NCBI GenBank assembly: GCA_037134695.1
Contig: JBAXLU010000001.1
Location: forward strand, 11,551 to 75,550
DNA: 64,000 nt
Direction: 5' to 3'
DNA from: Candidatus Nomurabacteria bacterium
Lineage (GTDB): Bacteria > Patescibacteriota > Minisyncoccia > Phycocordibacterales > UBA5272
Below the pieces are notes generated by a model. That model made no database searches, was not told the DNA's origin, and saw only the letters and a program-made list of their open reading frames with translations. Made by a program: the position numbers and the translations under genes. Positions 10,745-23,497 of this stretch are shown piece by piece. Each line of letters starts with the position of its first letter. Position 1 is the first letter of the stretch.

Positions 10745-10752
10745 ATACAGAT

Positions 10753-11499
10753 ATGATTGATACTAAAAAATACATTTTTACATTCGCTATAACATCTGCG
10801 ATCTTTGCGACCGCATTTTTTACATCAACCTTTTTTTCCAATAAAAGAATCGAGAGTGTTAAGTCTATTCAAGATAATATTGCTATAGATATTCTTTCTA
10901 GTGAAACACAGTTCTCTCTTCTTGGAGAAGTTCCTTGTTCAAATGTGGGTGAGGGCAGTCTATCACCAGAACTATCTACTCTTGGAGATAAACTTTCTCG
11001 TACAGAGGCTGATCGTGGTACAAAAGATAAAGATGTTATTTATTTAAAAAAATATTATTCGCTTCTTCAGATAAAGGATTATCTATTGTCAAAAAAGTTA
11101 GCTAATAAATGTGGAGTTACAAAAAAACCAATTTTTATAATTTATTTTTATTCTAATCAAGGTGACTGTGTTGATTGTGAAAAGGAAGGTTATGTACTTA
11201 CTCGTTTAAGAGAGATACATCCAGATTTACGTATATATTCATTTGATTACAATTTGGATCTTACAGCAATAGATTCTATGAAAACTATATATCGCGTTAA
11301 GTCTTCGTTGCCGGCTCTTGTTATTGAAGACAAAACTTATGTTGGATTTAAAACCGTTGAAGAACTTGAAAAACTCCTCCCTGACACACTTAAAGTAGCA
11401 ACTACTACTCCTAAAAAGGTTACTGTAAAATATAATCCACCTAAGGTTATAGTAAGTGGTACCACTACAGTAGCGACTACAACAAAAGTTGTAAATTAA
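10753..11499 (+). CDS. Membrane-anchored protein with thioredoxin-like CxxC domain and Thr-rich tail
   Basis: N-terminal TM, YFYSNQGDCVDC, SLPALVI. Confidence 0.6.
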   Translation: MIDTKKYIFTFAITSAIFATAFFTSTFFSNKRIESVKSIQDNIAIDILSSETQFSLLGEVPCSNVGEGSLSPELSTLGDKLSRTEADRGTKDKDVIYLKKYYSLLQIKDYLLSKKLANKCGVTKKPIFIIYFYSNQGDCVDCEKEGYVLTRLREIHPDLRIYSFDYNLDLTAIDSMKTIYRVKSSLPALVIEDKTYVGFKTVEELEKLLPDTLKVATTTPKKVTVKYNPPKVIVSGTTTVATTTKVVN

Positions 11500-11503
11500 T
11501 TTT

Positions 11504-12766
11504 ATGATATATTCCATATTATATGGGCTCATGTATCCATTTCTATTTTTATCAATATATTTTCAAGTACTACTTTTAACTTCATTTTTTGAGAATAAAA
11601 AAAAGATTAAAAAGGAGGAAAAACATGAGATAAAAAATTATCCAACAGTAACTATTGTTGTTCCGTGTTGGAATGAAGAAAAAACACTTGCGTCTACTCT
11701 TGATTCACTGCTTGCACTTGATTATCCAAAAGATAAACTTTCAGTAATTGTTGTTGATGATGGAAGTAAAGATAGAACTCTTGCTATCGCTGAGATATAT
11801 GCATACAACAACTCAGAACAGATAAGAGTACTTTCAAAAGAAAATGGTGGTAAACATACCGCTGTTAATCTTGCTTTAGAAAATTCAAAATCAGATTTAT
11901 TTGGCTGTTTAGATGCAGACTCTTCAGTTGAAGTTAATACACTTAAAATAATGGTGTCATATTTTGATGCTGATAAAAGTGTTATGTCTGTAACTCCGTG
12001 TATACACATTCGTAACCCACGTACACTTATTCAACGATTACAAGCTACGGAATATTTAATAAATATATTTGTGCGTAAGGCATATGGACAGCTTGATTCT
12101 ATATTAGTGGCTCCAGGATCATTTTCTATATTCCGTAAAGAAGTATTTGAGATAGTTGGTAATTATAGCAAAGCTCATAATACAGAAGATTTCGAAATTA
12201 CTTTACGTATGCATAAAGCACATTTGAAGGTTATGAATTCACATAAAGCACTCGTGTATACAGTTGGTCCCGCAACAGCAAAAGGATTTTTTTATCAACA
12301 TTTACGTTGGGCTAGGGGATTTCTTGAAAACTCTATTAATTATCGCGAGTTATTTTTTAAAAAAGAATATGGTAATTTCGGTATGTTTACATTGCCTGTA
12401 GCTTTTATTTTTATATTTTATGGTTTGTATGCCACCATTTTTGCTGTTTATAGTATCTCGTCACAATTAATTATTTCTATTAACAGATGGGTTACGGTTG
12501 GTTTTCATCCACAAATGCCAATATTTGATCTTTTTTATTTTAATACCACAGTAATGTCGTTTATAGTAATGGTTATGTTTTCTATGCTTCTGTTAGTTCT
12601 TTATATCGGTAATACTCTTTCAGATGACAAACAACAGTTTTATATTAACTTTCCTATTTTTTTTGTTTTATACCCCATATTCGCTCCATTATTTTTTGGA
12701 CGTGCAGTTTTTGACACTTTCTTTAAAAGAAGAAATGAATGGGTGCTTCAGGATACGAAGAAGTAG
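11504..12766 (+). CDS. Processive glycosyltransferase family 2 (PgaC/IcaA/cellulose synthase-like)
   Basis: VPCWNEE, DDGSKD, DAD, TED, QHLRW, C-terminal TMs. Confidence 0.9.
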   Translation: MIYSILYGLMYPFLFLSIYFQVLLLTSFFENKKKIKKEEKHEIKNYPTVTIVVPCWNEEKTLASTLDSLLALDYPKDKLSVIVVDDGSKDRTLAIAEIYAYNNSEQIRVLSKENGGKHTAVNLALENSKSDLFGCLDADSSVEVNTLKIMVSYFDADKSVMSVTPCIHIRNPRTLIQRLQATEYLINIFVRKAYGQLDSILVAPGSFSIFRKEVFEIVGNYSKAHNTEDFEITLRMHKAHLKVMNSHKALVYTVGPATAKGFFYQHLRWARGFLENSINYRELFFKKEYGNFGMFTLPVAFIFIFYGLYATIFAVYSISSQLIISINRWVTVGFHPQMPIFDLFYFNTTVMSFIVMVMFSMLLLVLYIGNTLSDDKQQFYINFPIFFVLYPIFAPLFFGRAVFDTFFKRRNEWVLQDTKK

Positions 12767-12887
12767 TCTATAAAGTTCATAAAGTTGAAAGTTTATAAAG
12801 TGGGTCCGATGCGAGCGACCCCCAAGTGGTCGCTCGCGTCGTATTTTGGTTTACTTTCAACTTTATGAACTTTAAAAACTTTCAACT
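12765..12887. repeat. Inverted AAAGT/ACTTT tandem-arm element enclosing a GC hairpin
   Basis: aaagttcataaagttgaaagtttataaagt - gcgagcgacc...ggtcgctcgc - gtattt - actttcaactttatgaacttt. Confidence 0.8.
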
Positions 12888-12932
12888 AAGATGGCCGTTC
12901 ATAAATTTCATTTTTATGATAAAATGAAATTT

Positions 12933-13754
12933 ATGAACGGCCATCTCCACCCCATTACTCTCGCAGTTGCACGTATTTCCGACATCTTTTCCAAGATGGG
13001 TTTTGATACAGTTGATGGTCCAGAGCTAGAAGATGAATGGCACAATTTTGATGCACTAAACGTTCCAGCTGATCACCCAGCGAGAGATATGCAGGATACC
13101 TTCTTCATCAGAATGGGTACTGATGAAGCGCAGACTAACGCAGAACGGACGCAGAAGGTCGCAGAAGGAATACAAAGGACAGGCATTAATAAATTCGGTG
13201 AACCCATGGGCTATGTTCTTCGTACACATACTAGTAACATGCAGATCCGCACTATGGAAAAATATACAGCGGAAGGTAAAGAATTGCCTATTGCTATTTG
13301 TTGCCCGGGAAAAGTTTTTCGCAATGAAGCAACAGACGCAACCCACGAAGCACAATTTCATCAAATAGAAATGTTATATGTTGCAAAAGATGCATCACTA
13401 GCTATGATGATAGGTGTAATTGAAAAGTTTTTCTCAGAATTTTTTGGAACAGATTTAGTGATTAGACTTCGTTCAAGTTATTTTCCATTCGTTGAGCCGG
13501 GCAATGAAGTGGATATGCAATGTTTTAAGTGTAAAGGTAGTGGTTGTAATATTTGTAAACAAACTGGTTGGATAGAAATAGGTGGTGCTGGAATGGTGCA
13601 TCCAAAAGTATTAGAAGCAGGAGGAATTAATCCAGCTGATTATCGTGGTTTTGCTTTTGGTTGTGGTATAGACAGAATGGTAATGCTTAAATATGGAATT
13701 GAAGATGTTCGTCTTTTGTATAATGGAGATTTAAGAGTGGTCAATCAATTTTAA
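12933..13754 (+). CDS. pheS: Phenylalanine-tRNA ligase alpha subunit (no N-terminal coiled coil)
   Basis: GHLHP, NFDALNVPADHPARDMQDTF, LRTHTS, YFPFVEP, GFAFGCGIDR; start moved to ATG 12933. Confidence 0.96.
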   Translation: MNGHLHPITLAVARISDIFSKMGFDTVDGPELEDEWHNFDALNVPADHPARDMQDTFFIRMGTDEAQTNAERTQKVAEGIQRTGINKFGEPMGYVLRTHTSNMQIRTMEKYTAEGKELPIAICCPGKVFRNEATDATHEAQFHQIEMLYVAKDASLAMMIGVIEKFFSEFFGTDLVIRLRSSYFPFVEPGNEVDMQCFKCKGSGCNICKQTGWIEIGGAGMVHPKVLEAGGINPADYRGFAFGCGIDRMVMLKYGIEDVRLLYNGDLRVVNQF

Positions 13755-13756
13755 TT

Positions 13757-15721
13757 ATGAAATTTTCTAAAGCGTGGTTACAAGATTATATTGTCGAGAC
13801 ACTTCCAGAAGATGGTGTGATTTCAGAGGCTTTTAATAAAAAATCTTTTGAAGTTGAAGAAACGCGGACTATCGCGGAACAAACGCAGAATGACGCGGAA
13901 GGAATACAAACTGACGATTATAAGGATACGGTTTTTGATATTAAAGTTTTACCAAATAGAGCCCACGATGCATTAGGCCACAGGGGTATGGCCCGTGAAC
14001 TTTGTGCAGATTTTGGTTTTACATTTAAGGAAGATGAGAGAATAAATAAAAACGAATCTTTTTTTGACTCAACTATTCCGGCTCCAGCAGTTTCAATAGA
14101 AAATGGTGAAAAATGTACTCGTTTTATGGGAATAAGAATAGATGGTGTAATGGTCACAGAAAGCCCAAAATGGCTCAGAGAAAGGCTTGAATCTATAGGA
14201 CAGCGAAGTATTAACAATATTGTTGATATCACTAACTATGTGCAGTTTTCGCTCAATAAGCCTATGCATGCTTATGACACAAGGAGTATTAAGGGTATTT
14301 TGGGTGCGCGCGTAGCGCGCACTGGTGAGATGCTAGTTACTTTGGATGAAAAGTCACTTAATCTTGATACTCAAACTCTTGTAATTGTAGATGATGAAAA
14401 AGTTCTAGGGCTAGCTGGAATAAAAGGAGGAAAATTTAGTGGTATACAATCTGATACAACAAGTGTTATTTTAGAGAGTGCAAATTTCGAACCAACCCTT
14501 ATCCGCAAGACTTCACAGAAATATGATTTAAGAACAGATGCTTCAAAACGTTTTGAAAATGGAATTGCAAACTCTTTAATTGAAGAAGGTTTATATATGA
14601 CCGCAAATCTAATTAAAGAATTATGTGCTGATGCGAAGGTTTCACTTGTAACAGATATTTATCCAAAGGTAGATGAGATATTTTCATTATCTGTTTCACT
14701 TGATGAAATTAATGCAATATTAGGTACAAAATATTCTAGGGAAGAAGTAGAAGAAACATTTAAAAAACTTTTATTTAAATTTACGACAAAAGGAAATGTT
14801 TATACAGTTGAAGTTCCATCTGAAAGACTAGATATACGAATTAAAGAAGATGTCACAGAAGAAGTGGGACGTATTATTGGATATGACAAACTTATACCAA
14901 CTCTTCCTGTTTTAAATCGCGTAGGTCTTCCTCATAAGAGAATGTTTTATGAAAATAAAATAAGAGAAATTTTAGTGAGAAATGGTTTCTCTGAAGTCAT
15001 GACTTATACTTTTGGTGATCAGGGTGAGGTGGAACTTGTAAAAGGATTGGCTCTAGATAAAGAAAAACTTCGTGACAGTTTAGGTAATGGTATATTAAAT
15101 TCTCTATCATTAAATCTTTACAACGCACCACTTCTCGGTGAAAAAACAATTAAGATTTTTGAAATTGGGAATGTTTTTGGAAAAGATACAGAGACAAGAC
15201 ATTTATCTCTTGCAATTGATGACGGTGCGAAGAAAAGTAATTTCACAGATGGAGTCGATATGATATTAGTTGAAATTAAACGCACTTTAGAATTGCCATC
15301 ACTTGAATGTACAACAGTTTCAACTAAACCTTATGTTATTGAAATTGATTTTGATACAATGATTGCATCACTTCCGGAGCCTACAAATTATGAAGCGCCT
15401 ACATTCACGTCTTTACCTTTCGTTAATTACAAATCAGTCTCGTCTTATCCGTTTATTGCCCGTGATATTGCTATGTGGGTACCTGCTGTTACAACATGGG
15501 AGAGTATCAATAATCTTTGTGCTGAAGTACGGAATACTCTTGTTACTCGTGTTGATCTTTTTGATACTTTCACGAAAGAAATAGAGGGCATAAGAAAAAC
15601 TTCTTTCGCATTTCGCTTAGTTTTTCAAAGTTATGAAAAGACATTAACAGATGAAGAGGTGAATGAAATGATGGAAGCTTATTATAAAGTTTTTAAGGAA
15701 AAAGGTTACGAGATTCGCTAA
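13757..15721 (+). CDS. pheT: Phenylalanine-tRNA ligase beta subunit (short, apparently no B2 OB domain)
   Basis: PNRAHD, INNIVDITNY, RTDASKRFE, RLDIRIKEDVTEEVGRI, C-terminal FDX-ACB (TLTDEEV). Confidence 0.94.
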   Translation: MKFSKAWLQDYIVETLPEDGVISEAFNKKSFEVEETRTIAEQTQNDAEGIQTDDYKDTVFDIKVLPNRAHDALGHRGMARELCADFGFTFKEDERINKNESFFDSTIPAPAVSIENGEKCTRFMGIRIDGVMVTESPKWLRERLESIGQRSINNIVDITNYVQFSLNKPMHAYDTRSIKGILGARVARTGEMLVTLDEKSLNLDTQTLVIVDDEKVLGLAGIKGGKFSGIQSDTTSVILESANFEPTLIRKTSQKYDLRTDASKRFENGIANSLIEEGLYMTANLIKELCADAKVSLVTDIYPKVDEIFSLSVSLDEINAILGTKYSREEVEETFKKLLFKFTTKGNVYTVEVPSERLDIRIKEDVTEEVGRIIGYDKLIPTLPVLNRVGLPHKRMFYENKIREILVRNGFSEVMTYTFGDQGEVELVKGLALDKEKLRDSLGNGILNSLSLNLYNAPLLGEKTIKIFEIGNVFGKDTETRHLSLAIDDGAKKSNFTDGVDMILVEIKRTLELPSLECTTVSTKPYVIEIDFDTMIASLPEPTNYEAPTFTSLPFVNYKSVSSYPFIARDIAMWVPAVTTWESINNLCAEVRNTLVTRVDLFDTFTKEIEGIRKTSFAFRLVFQSYEKTLTDEEVNEMMEAYYKVFKEKGYEIR

Positions 15722-15722
15722 T

Positions 15723-17006
15723 ATGAAATTAACAGATTATAAAAATATACACTGCATCGGAATTGGAGGCATTGGACTTTCAGCTCTTGCTAGATATTGT
15801 CATGCAAATGGCTCAAGTGTTAGTGGTTCGGATGGGGTAACATCTGATATTATTGAAAAATTAAAACAGGAGGGATTAGATATTTTTATTGGACAATCTG
15901 CCTCTAATATTAAAGATAATATTGATTTAGTTATTTATACTATTGCAATTAGTGATGATAATGCTGAATTAGTTGAAGCAAGAAATAGGGGAATAAAGTG
16001 TATGACATATCCTGAAGCTCTTGGACTTTTAACAAAAGAATATACAACTATTTCTGTGTGTGGAACTCACGGCAAGACAACTACAACTGCTATGACTTAT
16101 TACGCGCTAAAAGCATGTGGTATTAATCCAACAATTATTATTGGTAGTTTATTATCAGATGGTGGAACAAATTTTATTGCAGGGGATAGCAAGTATTTGG
16201 TTGTTGAATCTTGTGAATATCGAAGATCATTTCTTAATTTAAACCCTCGTCATATTATTGTTACAAATATTGATGCTGATCATTTGGATTATTATAAAGA
16301 CATTGAAGATATACACGAAGCTTTTCAATCATTTGCATATAAATTAGATGAAGAAGGTTTTTTGGTAACACATAGTAATGTTTCTTTAAATACAAAAGCA
16401 AAAAAAATAGACGCGGATTGTATTGATAGAAAAAGTATTGAGTTAAGTGTCTTAGGTGAACACAATCAATCAAATGCACAGTTAGTTTGTGCTCTTCTAG
16501 AAGAACTCGGATTAGATGAAGAAAAAATACGTGAAGGCTTGAAGAATTTTCCAGGCACATGGCGTAGATTAGAATACAAAGGTAAAACAGAAAATGGTGT
16601 TGTAGTTTATGATGACTATGGTCATCATCCGAATGAAATCAAAGCGACACTGGAAGCTATTAGAGAAAAGTATTCAAAAGAAGATTATAAACTTCATGTA
16701 TTTTTCCAGCCACATCTTCACTCTCGCACTAAAGCTTTCTTTGAAGAATTTGGTGATGTTTTAAAAGAAGCAGATTTTGTTTCCTTGATGCCAATTTATA
16801 AAGCAAGACTAGAGACTGATTTGTCAGTTTCTTCAGAAGATTTGAGAGATTCAATTATTAAAAAAGGAGGACATGCAGAAACTCTTGTTTCTGTAACTGA
16901 TTTACCTGAATCTGTTATGTCTATTGTCGATTCTAATACTATTGTACTTAACATTGGAGCAGGGGACGCATTTGCAGAACTTAATAAAATTCCTCTTAAA
17001 AAATAA
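15723..17006 (+). CDS. murC: UDP-N-acetylmuramate--L-alanine ligase
   Basis: GIGGIGLSALA, GTHGKTTTT, DDYGHHPNE, FQPH. Confidence 0.96.
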   Translation: MKLTDYKNIHCIGIGGIGLSALARYCHANGSSVSGSDGVTSDIIEKLKQEGLDIFIGQSASNIKDNIDLVIYTIAISDDNAELVEARNRGIKCMTYPEALGLLTKEYTTISVCGTHGKTTTTAMTYYALKACGINPTIIIGSLLSDGGTNFIAGDSKYLVVESCEYRRSFLNLNPRHIIVTNIDADHLDYYKDIEDIHEAFQSFAYKLDEEGFLVTHSNVSLNTKAKKIDADCIDRKSIELSVLGEHNQSNAQLVCALLEELGLDEEKIREGLKNFPGTWRRLEYKGKTENGVVVYDDYGHHPNEIKATLEAIREKYSKEDYKLHVFFQPHLHSRTKAFFEEFGDVLKEADFVSLMPIYKARLETDLSVSSEDLRDSIIKKGGHAETLVSVTDLPESVMSIVDSNTIVLNIGAGDAFAELNKIPLKK

Positions 17007-17008
17007 AT

Positions 17009-18463
17009 ATGAAAAAAGAAATTTATTTGCCATATTTTGAAAATAAGAAAGTAACAGTAATGGGACTTGGTTTACTTGGTCGTGGATTAGGAGATACAGA
17101 ATTTCTTGCAAAAAATGGAGCAGAGTTAATTGTTACAGATAAAAAAACAGAGGCAGAATTAATTAATTCTGTGTCGATACTTTCAAAATATGAAAATATA
17201 ATTTATCATCTCGGTGAGCATAAAGTAGAAGATTTTGAAAACAGAGATTTTATTTTAAAAGCAGCAGGAGTTGCATTAGATAATCAATACATTGCTAGCG
17301 CGCGTGAAAAAGACATTCCTATTTATATGTCAGCATCACTTCTTTCTGATATCGTGATGAAGAATTTACCGAATGTAAAAATAATCGGTGTTACAGGTAC
17401 TCGTGGTAAGAGTACAACTACACAGTTAATTGCCCATATTTTAAAATCTGCGGGCATGAAGGTTCATCTTGGTGGGAATATTCGTGGAGTGGCTAATCTT
17501 CCATTGTTAGATGAAATAGAAGATGGAGATTATTTGGTTTTGGAATTAGATTCGTGGCAGTTGCAAGGATTTGGAGATATGAAAATTAGTCCTCATATTG
17601 CAGTCTTTACATCTTTCTTGGACGATCACATGAATTATTATAAGAATGATAAGGAATTATATTTTAATGATAAGGCAAATATTTATCGTAATCAAAAAGA
17701 ATTGGATATTTTAATAGTTAGCCCTGAAGCAGAAGAAGAAATAAAAAAAAGAGATCCTAATCAAGAGATGGTTATCGCTGTTAATAGCCATATTGAAACT
17801 AGTTTAATTGGTGAACATAATCAGATAGCCGCTAAATTAGCTTATGAAGTAGCTTCTCAATGTGGATTAGACGATACGACTATTCGTGAAGCCATAGCTA
17901 GTTTTAAGGCGGTGGAGGGGAGATTGGAGGATATGGGGTTCTATAAAACAAATCTTATTAATTTGGATGAAATTCAAGGAAAAGACAATGTTTCGAGTGA
18001 GGTGTACAAATCGTACAGTGAACGAGAAACAGAAGTTTTTGACGAAGAAGTTCGCCAAATTAATAAGATTTGTAAAGGAATAAGAGTATTTAATGACAAC
18101 AATGGCACAACTGGAGATGCAACCATAAAAGCATTGGAATCAATCAAGACAACTTTTAACATAAAACCTATCTTAATCGTTGGTGGTAAGGATAAAGGTT
18201 TACCAATAGAGAATCTTGAAAAATCAATTAAAGAAAATACTAAAGCCGTAATTTATTTATCAGGTACCGGAACCGACAGATTGAATCTTCTAAAAGAATA
18301 TGAGTTTGAAAAATTATCTGATTGTGTAGACAAAGCTTTTGCTCTAGCAGATGAGGGGGATATTATTTTATTTTCTCCAGCATTTGCATCTTTTTCAAAG
18401 TATTTTAATAATGAATATGAAAAGAATGATGAGTTTGTGAGAGCGGTAGTGAAATATAAATAG
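17009..18463 (+). CDS. murD: UDP-MurNAc-L-Ala--D-glutamate ligase with ~42-aa in-frame insertion
   Basis: MGLG, GTRGKSTT, GGNI, LELDSWQL, GGKDK, FSPAFASF. Confidence 0.94.
   Translation: MKKEIYLPYFENKKVTVMGLGLLGRGLGDTEFLAKNGAELIVTDKKTEAELINSVSILSKYENIIYHLGEHKVEDFENRDFILKAAGVALDNQYIASAREKDIPIYMSASLLSDIVMKNLPNVKIIGVTGTRGKSTTTQLIAHILKSAGMKVHLGGNIRGVANLPLLDEIEDGDYLVLELDSWQLQGFGDMKISPHIAVFTSFLDDHMNYYKNDKELYFNDKANIYRNQKELDILIVSPEAEEEIKKRDPNQEMVIAVNSHIETSLIGEHNQIAAKLAYEVASQCGLDDTTIREAIASFKAVEGRLEDMGFYKTNLINLDEIQGKDNVSSEVYKSYSERETEVFDEEVRQINKICKGIRVFNDNNGTTGDATIKALESIKTTFNIKPILIVGGKDKGLPIENLEKSIKENTKAVIYLSGTGTDRLNLLKEYEFEKLSDCVDKAFALADEGDIILFSPAFASFSKYFNNEYEKNDEFVRAVVKYK
17948..18073 (-). repeat. 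Palindromic element copy 2, in frame inside murD (126 bp)
   Basis: Perfect 19-bp terminal IR acaaatcttattaatttgg/ccaaattaataagatttgt; reverse complement of the core resembles the iscU copy. Confidence 0.85.
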
Positions 18464-18468
18464 CTTAA

Positions 18469-18503
18469 TTGACAAAACTATACCATAATATATACTTTGG
18501 TAT
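18469..18503 (+). promoter_or_regulatory. Sigma70 promoter of the TA operon with overlapping ATACCA...TGGTAT inverted repeat (likely autorepression operator)
   Basis: TTGACA-16-TATACT, 7 nt before the ATG. Confidence 0.7.
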
Positions 18504-18779
18504 ATGAATACAACAATGTTAATAAAAACAAATAAAGAACTTAAGAATGAAGCCTCACGCATTGCGAAAGAAATGGGAGTGCCTTTAACCACCGTGGTAA
18601 ATGCTTTTCTTGCACAATTCGTACGTGATAAGAGATTAAGTATTTCTATCGAACCAATGCCAAACAAAGCAAAACTTGCGCTATGGGAATCAATTAGTAA
18701 GGAATCTGATAAGGACATGAAGAACACAAAGAGTTATACGAACGCTGACGAATTGATTGCAGATTTAAAATTGATATGA
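18504..18779 (+). CDS. Type II antitoxin, RelB/DinJ family
   Basis: RHH-like ELKNEASRIAKEMGVPLTTVVNAFL; overlaps the toxin start (ATGA). Confidence 0.85.
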   Translation: MNTTMLIKTNKELKNEASRIAKEMGVPLTTVVNAFLAQFVRDKRLSISIEPMPNKAKLALWESISKESDKDMKNTKSYTNADELIADLKLI

Positions 18780-19033
18780 TCGTAATTCGCACGAAGCACT
18801 TTTCGAAGGCTGTAACAAAGTTGCCAGCTACCGTAAAACGCGCACTAGCGGAGAGACTTAAGCTTTTTATGGAGGATCCATTTAATCGACTACTTAACAA
18901 TCACGCACTCAACGGTAATATGCAGACTTATCGAAGTATTAATATTACAGGAGATTACCGCCTTATTTATGAATTGTATGACACAGACATGGCACGTTTA
19001 ATCGACATTGATACACATAGTAATTTGTATTAG
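18776..19033 (+). CDS. Type II toxin, RelE/YafQ family mRNA interferase
   Basis: NHALNG, RSINITGDYRLIY, THSNLY C-terminus. Confidence 0.87.
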   Translation: MIVIRTKHFSKAVTKLPATVKRALAERLKLFMEDPFNRLLNNHALNGNMQTYRSINITGDYRLIYELYDTDMARLIDIDTHSNLY

Positions 19034-19074
19034 ATATAAAACTTTAATTAAAGTAACCGGTATACTGTTTAGAT

Positions 19075-19485
19075 ATGGAAAACATAACACAAAGCTCAGC
19101 GGAGACTAATTTAATAAAAGAAGAGTATAAGTTTCCTAAGTTTTTAAAATATTTTTATTCTATTACAACATTATCGTTATTGATTATTTCTGTATTTGGT
19201 TTCCTTTTTCCAGTTTTTATACTTCACTCCGAACTTTGTTGGATAGTTCCTTTTGAGTATCCATACATCTTGGTTTTTTCTTATTTGTTTTTGTGCTGTT
19301 CGTTTTTTATTTTATTTTATGGAATTTTTCAATCTATTAAAAATAAAAAAGCATCTATATTTTTTATTATTTTAGTTTTATTTTGTATACAGTTTATTTT
19401 AGTAACTTTTACAAATGCTTATTGCGAGAATTTAGTATGGTCTAATGCCACATATCCTCTACCACCATCTCCTGTAGCATGGTAA
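19075..19485 (+). CDS. Hypothetical membrane protein
   Basis: Three hydrophobic segments. Confidence 0.6.
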   Translation: MENITQSSAETNLIKEEYKFPKFLKYFYSITTLSLLIISVFGFLFPVFILHSELCWIVPFEYPYILVFSYLFLCCSFFILFYGIFQSIKNKKASIFFIILVLFCIQFILVTFTNAYCENLVWSNATYPLPPSPVAW

Positions 19486-19580
19486 TTATTTTTTTATTAA
19501 AAACACTTAAAAATCCTTATAAATTAAGGTGAAAATAGTCACTTTATTGTCGCATTTTATAGGACGGTTATGCGACGTGA

Positions 19581-21752
<2,172 letters not shown>

Positions 21753-21756
21753 AAAT

Positions 21757-21790
21757 AAAAATCACCGCATATGCGGTGATTTTTGTTTTT
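21757..21790. terminator. Bidirectional terminator between gyrB and hemerythrin
   Basis: aaaaatcaccgc-atat-gcggtgattttt. Confidence 0.8.
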
Positions 21791-22214
21791 ACTTCAAGCC
21801 GTGCTCATTAAAAAATAGAGAGTACTTTTTATCCATTGAAAGAATATGTTCAAATAGCCAGTTTCCAGCAAATAAACCACTTTCTTTTAGTGTGTCTTTT
21901 AAATCATAATTTCTATTACTTACCTTAGAAATTAATTCAGCAGATTTTACTCTAAAGTGATCATGTGATTTTATATGATCTTCCATATGTGGAACATTGT
22001 ATTTTTCAAAATACTCTTCTTCTGTACCTAAATGATACTTCGCATAATCACCCAATCTATTGATGGCGAGTACCGCTTCTGCTTGTGTAAATTTTATTTT
22101 TCCTTCAGATAATTCTAATAAATTGTTACATAAATTAAAAAACTCTTTATGTTGATTGTCTATTATTTCAATTCCAACAGAGTATTCTTCTGTCCAAATA
22201 AGTTCTTCGTACAT
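21789..22214 (-). CDS. Bacteriohemerythrin, copy 1
   Basis: W...YSVG..IDNQH, HLGTEE, HIKSH, WLFEHILSMD di-iron ligands. Confidence 0.92.
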   Translation of the reverse strand: MYEELIWTEEYSVGIEIIDNQHKEFFNLCNNLLELSEGKIKFTQAEAVLAINRLGDYAKYHLGTEEEYFEKYNVPHMEDHIKSHDHFRVKSAELISKVSNRNYDLKDTLKESGLFAGNWLFEHILSMDKKYSLFFNEHGLK

Positions 22215-22370
22215 TTTAAAAAGTATAAATTAATATGATTATCAGTATAGCACCGGGTTTAATTTATAAATAGGGCTCAGTTATTAGAGATTTGTTTAAA
22301 TATGAAAAATAAACTTTTTGTATTAAACTATAATCTATTAACCAGTAACTACTAACTGGTAACTATTCTC

Positions 22371-22880
22371 ATGAAATGGATCATTTTTACTGGGACTTGG
22401 AAAAATACAAATGAAGAAGTAGAGCATGATGTTCGCGAGTCTGTTCGTGAAGTTTTGTCACGTGGGGACGGCGTCATTACTGGAGGAGCACTTGGGGTAG
22501 ATTTATTTTGTATGGATGAAGTTTTGAAAATAAATCCAGAGTGTACACATCTGAGAGTTATCCTTCCTTCTAAATTAGATATTTATATAAAACATTTTTA
22601 TACAAGACTTGTTGACAATGTTATAACAAAAAAGCAATTTGAATTTTTGGAGACAACTCTAAAAAACATTCAAAGAGTAAATCCATCAGCAATTTTAGAA
22701 ATGCATTTTAAAACAATAGAACAGAATGAATACAATGAACGTGATGCTGAAGAAGTTAAATATGGTGATGCACTACACGCCTTCCAGGTAAATAATTCAT
22801 CCGGTACACAACATACCATAGACGCTGGGATCATAAAAGGAATACCAATTTCATTACATAAGAAATATACAATAAATTAG
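22371..22880 (+). CDS. SLOG-superfamily (DprA/LOG-like Rossmann fold) protein
   Basis: IIFTG, VITGGALGVD, SSGTQHTI motifs. Confidence 0.7.
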   Translation: MKWIIFTGTWKNTNEEVEHDVRESVREVLSRGDGVITGGALGVDLFCMDEVLKINPECTHLRVILPSKLDIYIKHFYTRLVDNVITKKQFEFLETTLKNIQRVNPSAILEMHFKTIEQNEYNERDAEEVKYGDALHAFQVNNSSGTQHTIDAGIIKGIPISLHKKYTIN

Positions 22881-22920
22881 AAAAAATAAAAATCACCGCA
22901 TATACGGTGATTTTTATTTT

Positions 22921-23346
22921 TTACTTCAAACCTTGTTCATTAAAAAACGGAGAGTATTTTTTATCCATAGACATAATATGTTCAAATAGCCAGTTTCCAG
23001 CAAATAAACCACTTTCCTTGAGTGTATCTTTTAAATCGTAATCTTTATTACTTACTTTAGCAATTAATTCAGAAGATTTTATTTTAAAATGATTATGTGC
23101 TTTTATATGATCTTCCATATTTTGTACATTATATTTTTCAAAATATTCCTCTTCTGTTCCTAAATGATATTTTGCGTAATCACCTAATCTGTTAATAGCA
23201 AGGACAGCTTCTGCTTGTGTAAATTTTGTTTTTCCTTCAGCTAATTCTAATAAATTGTTACATAAATTAAAAAACTCTTTATGTTGATTATCTATTATTT
23301 CAATACCAACAGAATATTCTTCTGTCCAAATAAGTTCATCGTACAT
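22921..23346 (-). CDS. Bacteriohemerythrin, copy 2
   Basis: Near-identical paralog of 21789-22214 with the same ligands. Confidence 0.92.
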   Translation of the reverse strand: MYDELIWTEEYSVGIEIIDNQHKEFFNLCNNLLELAEGKTKFTQAEAVLAINRLGDYAKYHLGTEEEYFEKYNVQNMEDHIKAHNHFKIKSSELIAKVSNKDYDLKDTLKESGLFAGNWLFEHIMSMDKKYSPFFNEQGLK

Positions 23347-23497
23347 TTTTAAAAAGTATAAATTAATATGATAAATAGTATAGCATTGGTATTTGCTTAA
23401 AAATAATTTAGTGTATGTTATATGTAGTAATTAAAGTTAATTTGACTTTATTTTAAATTATTGTTAGATTAGAGTCCTTGTTTTAAGGAGATATAAG

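Noticed and set aside
10599-10841. ORF 10599-10841, and similarly 51131-51322, 53064-53273, 56103-56357 and 60443-60797
   Set aside because: They are translations of tRNAs or of the repeat elements described above.
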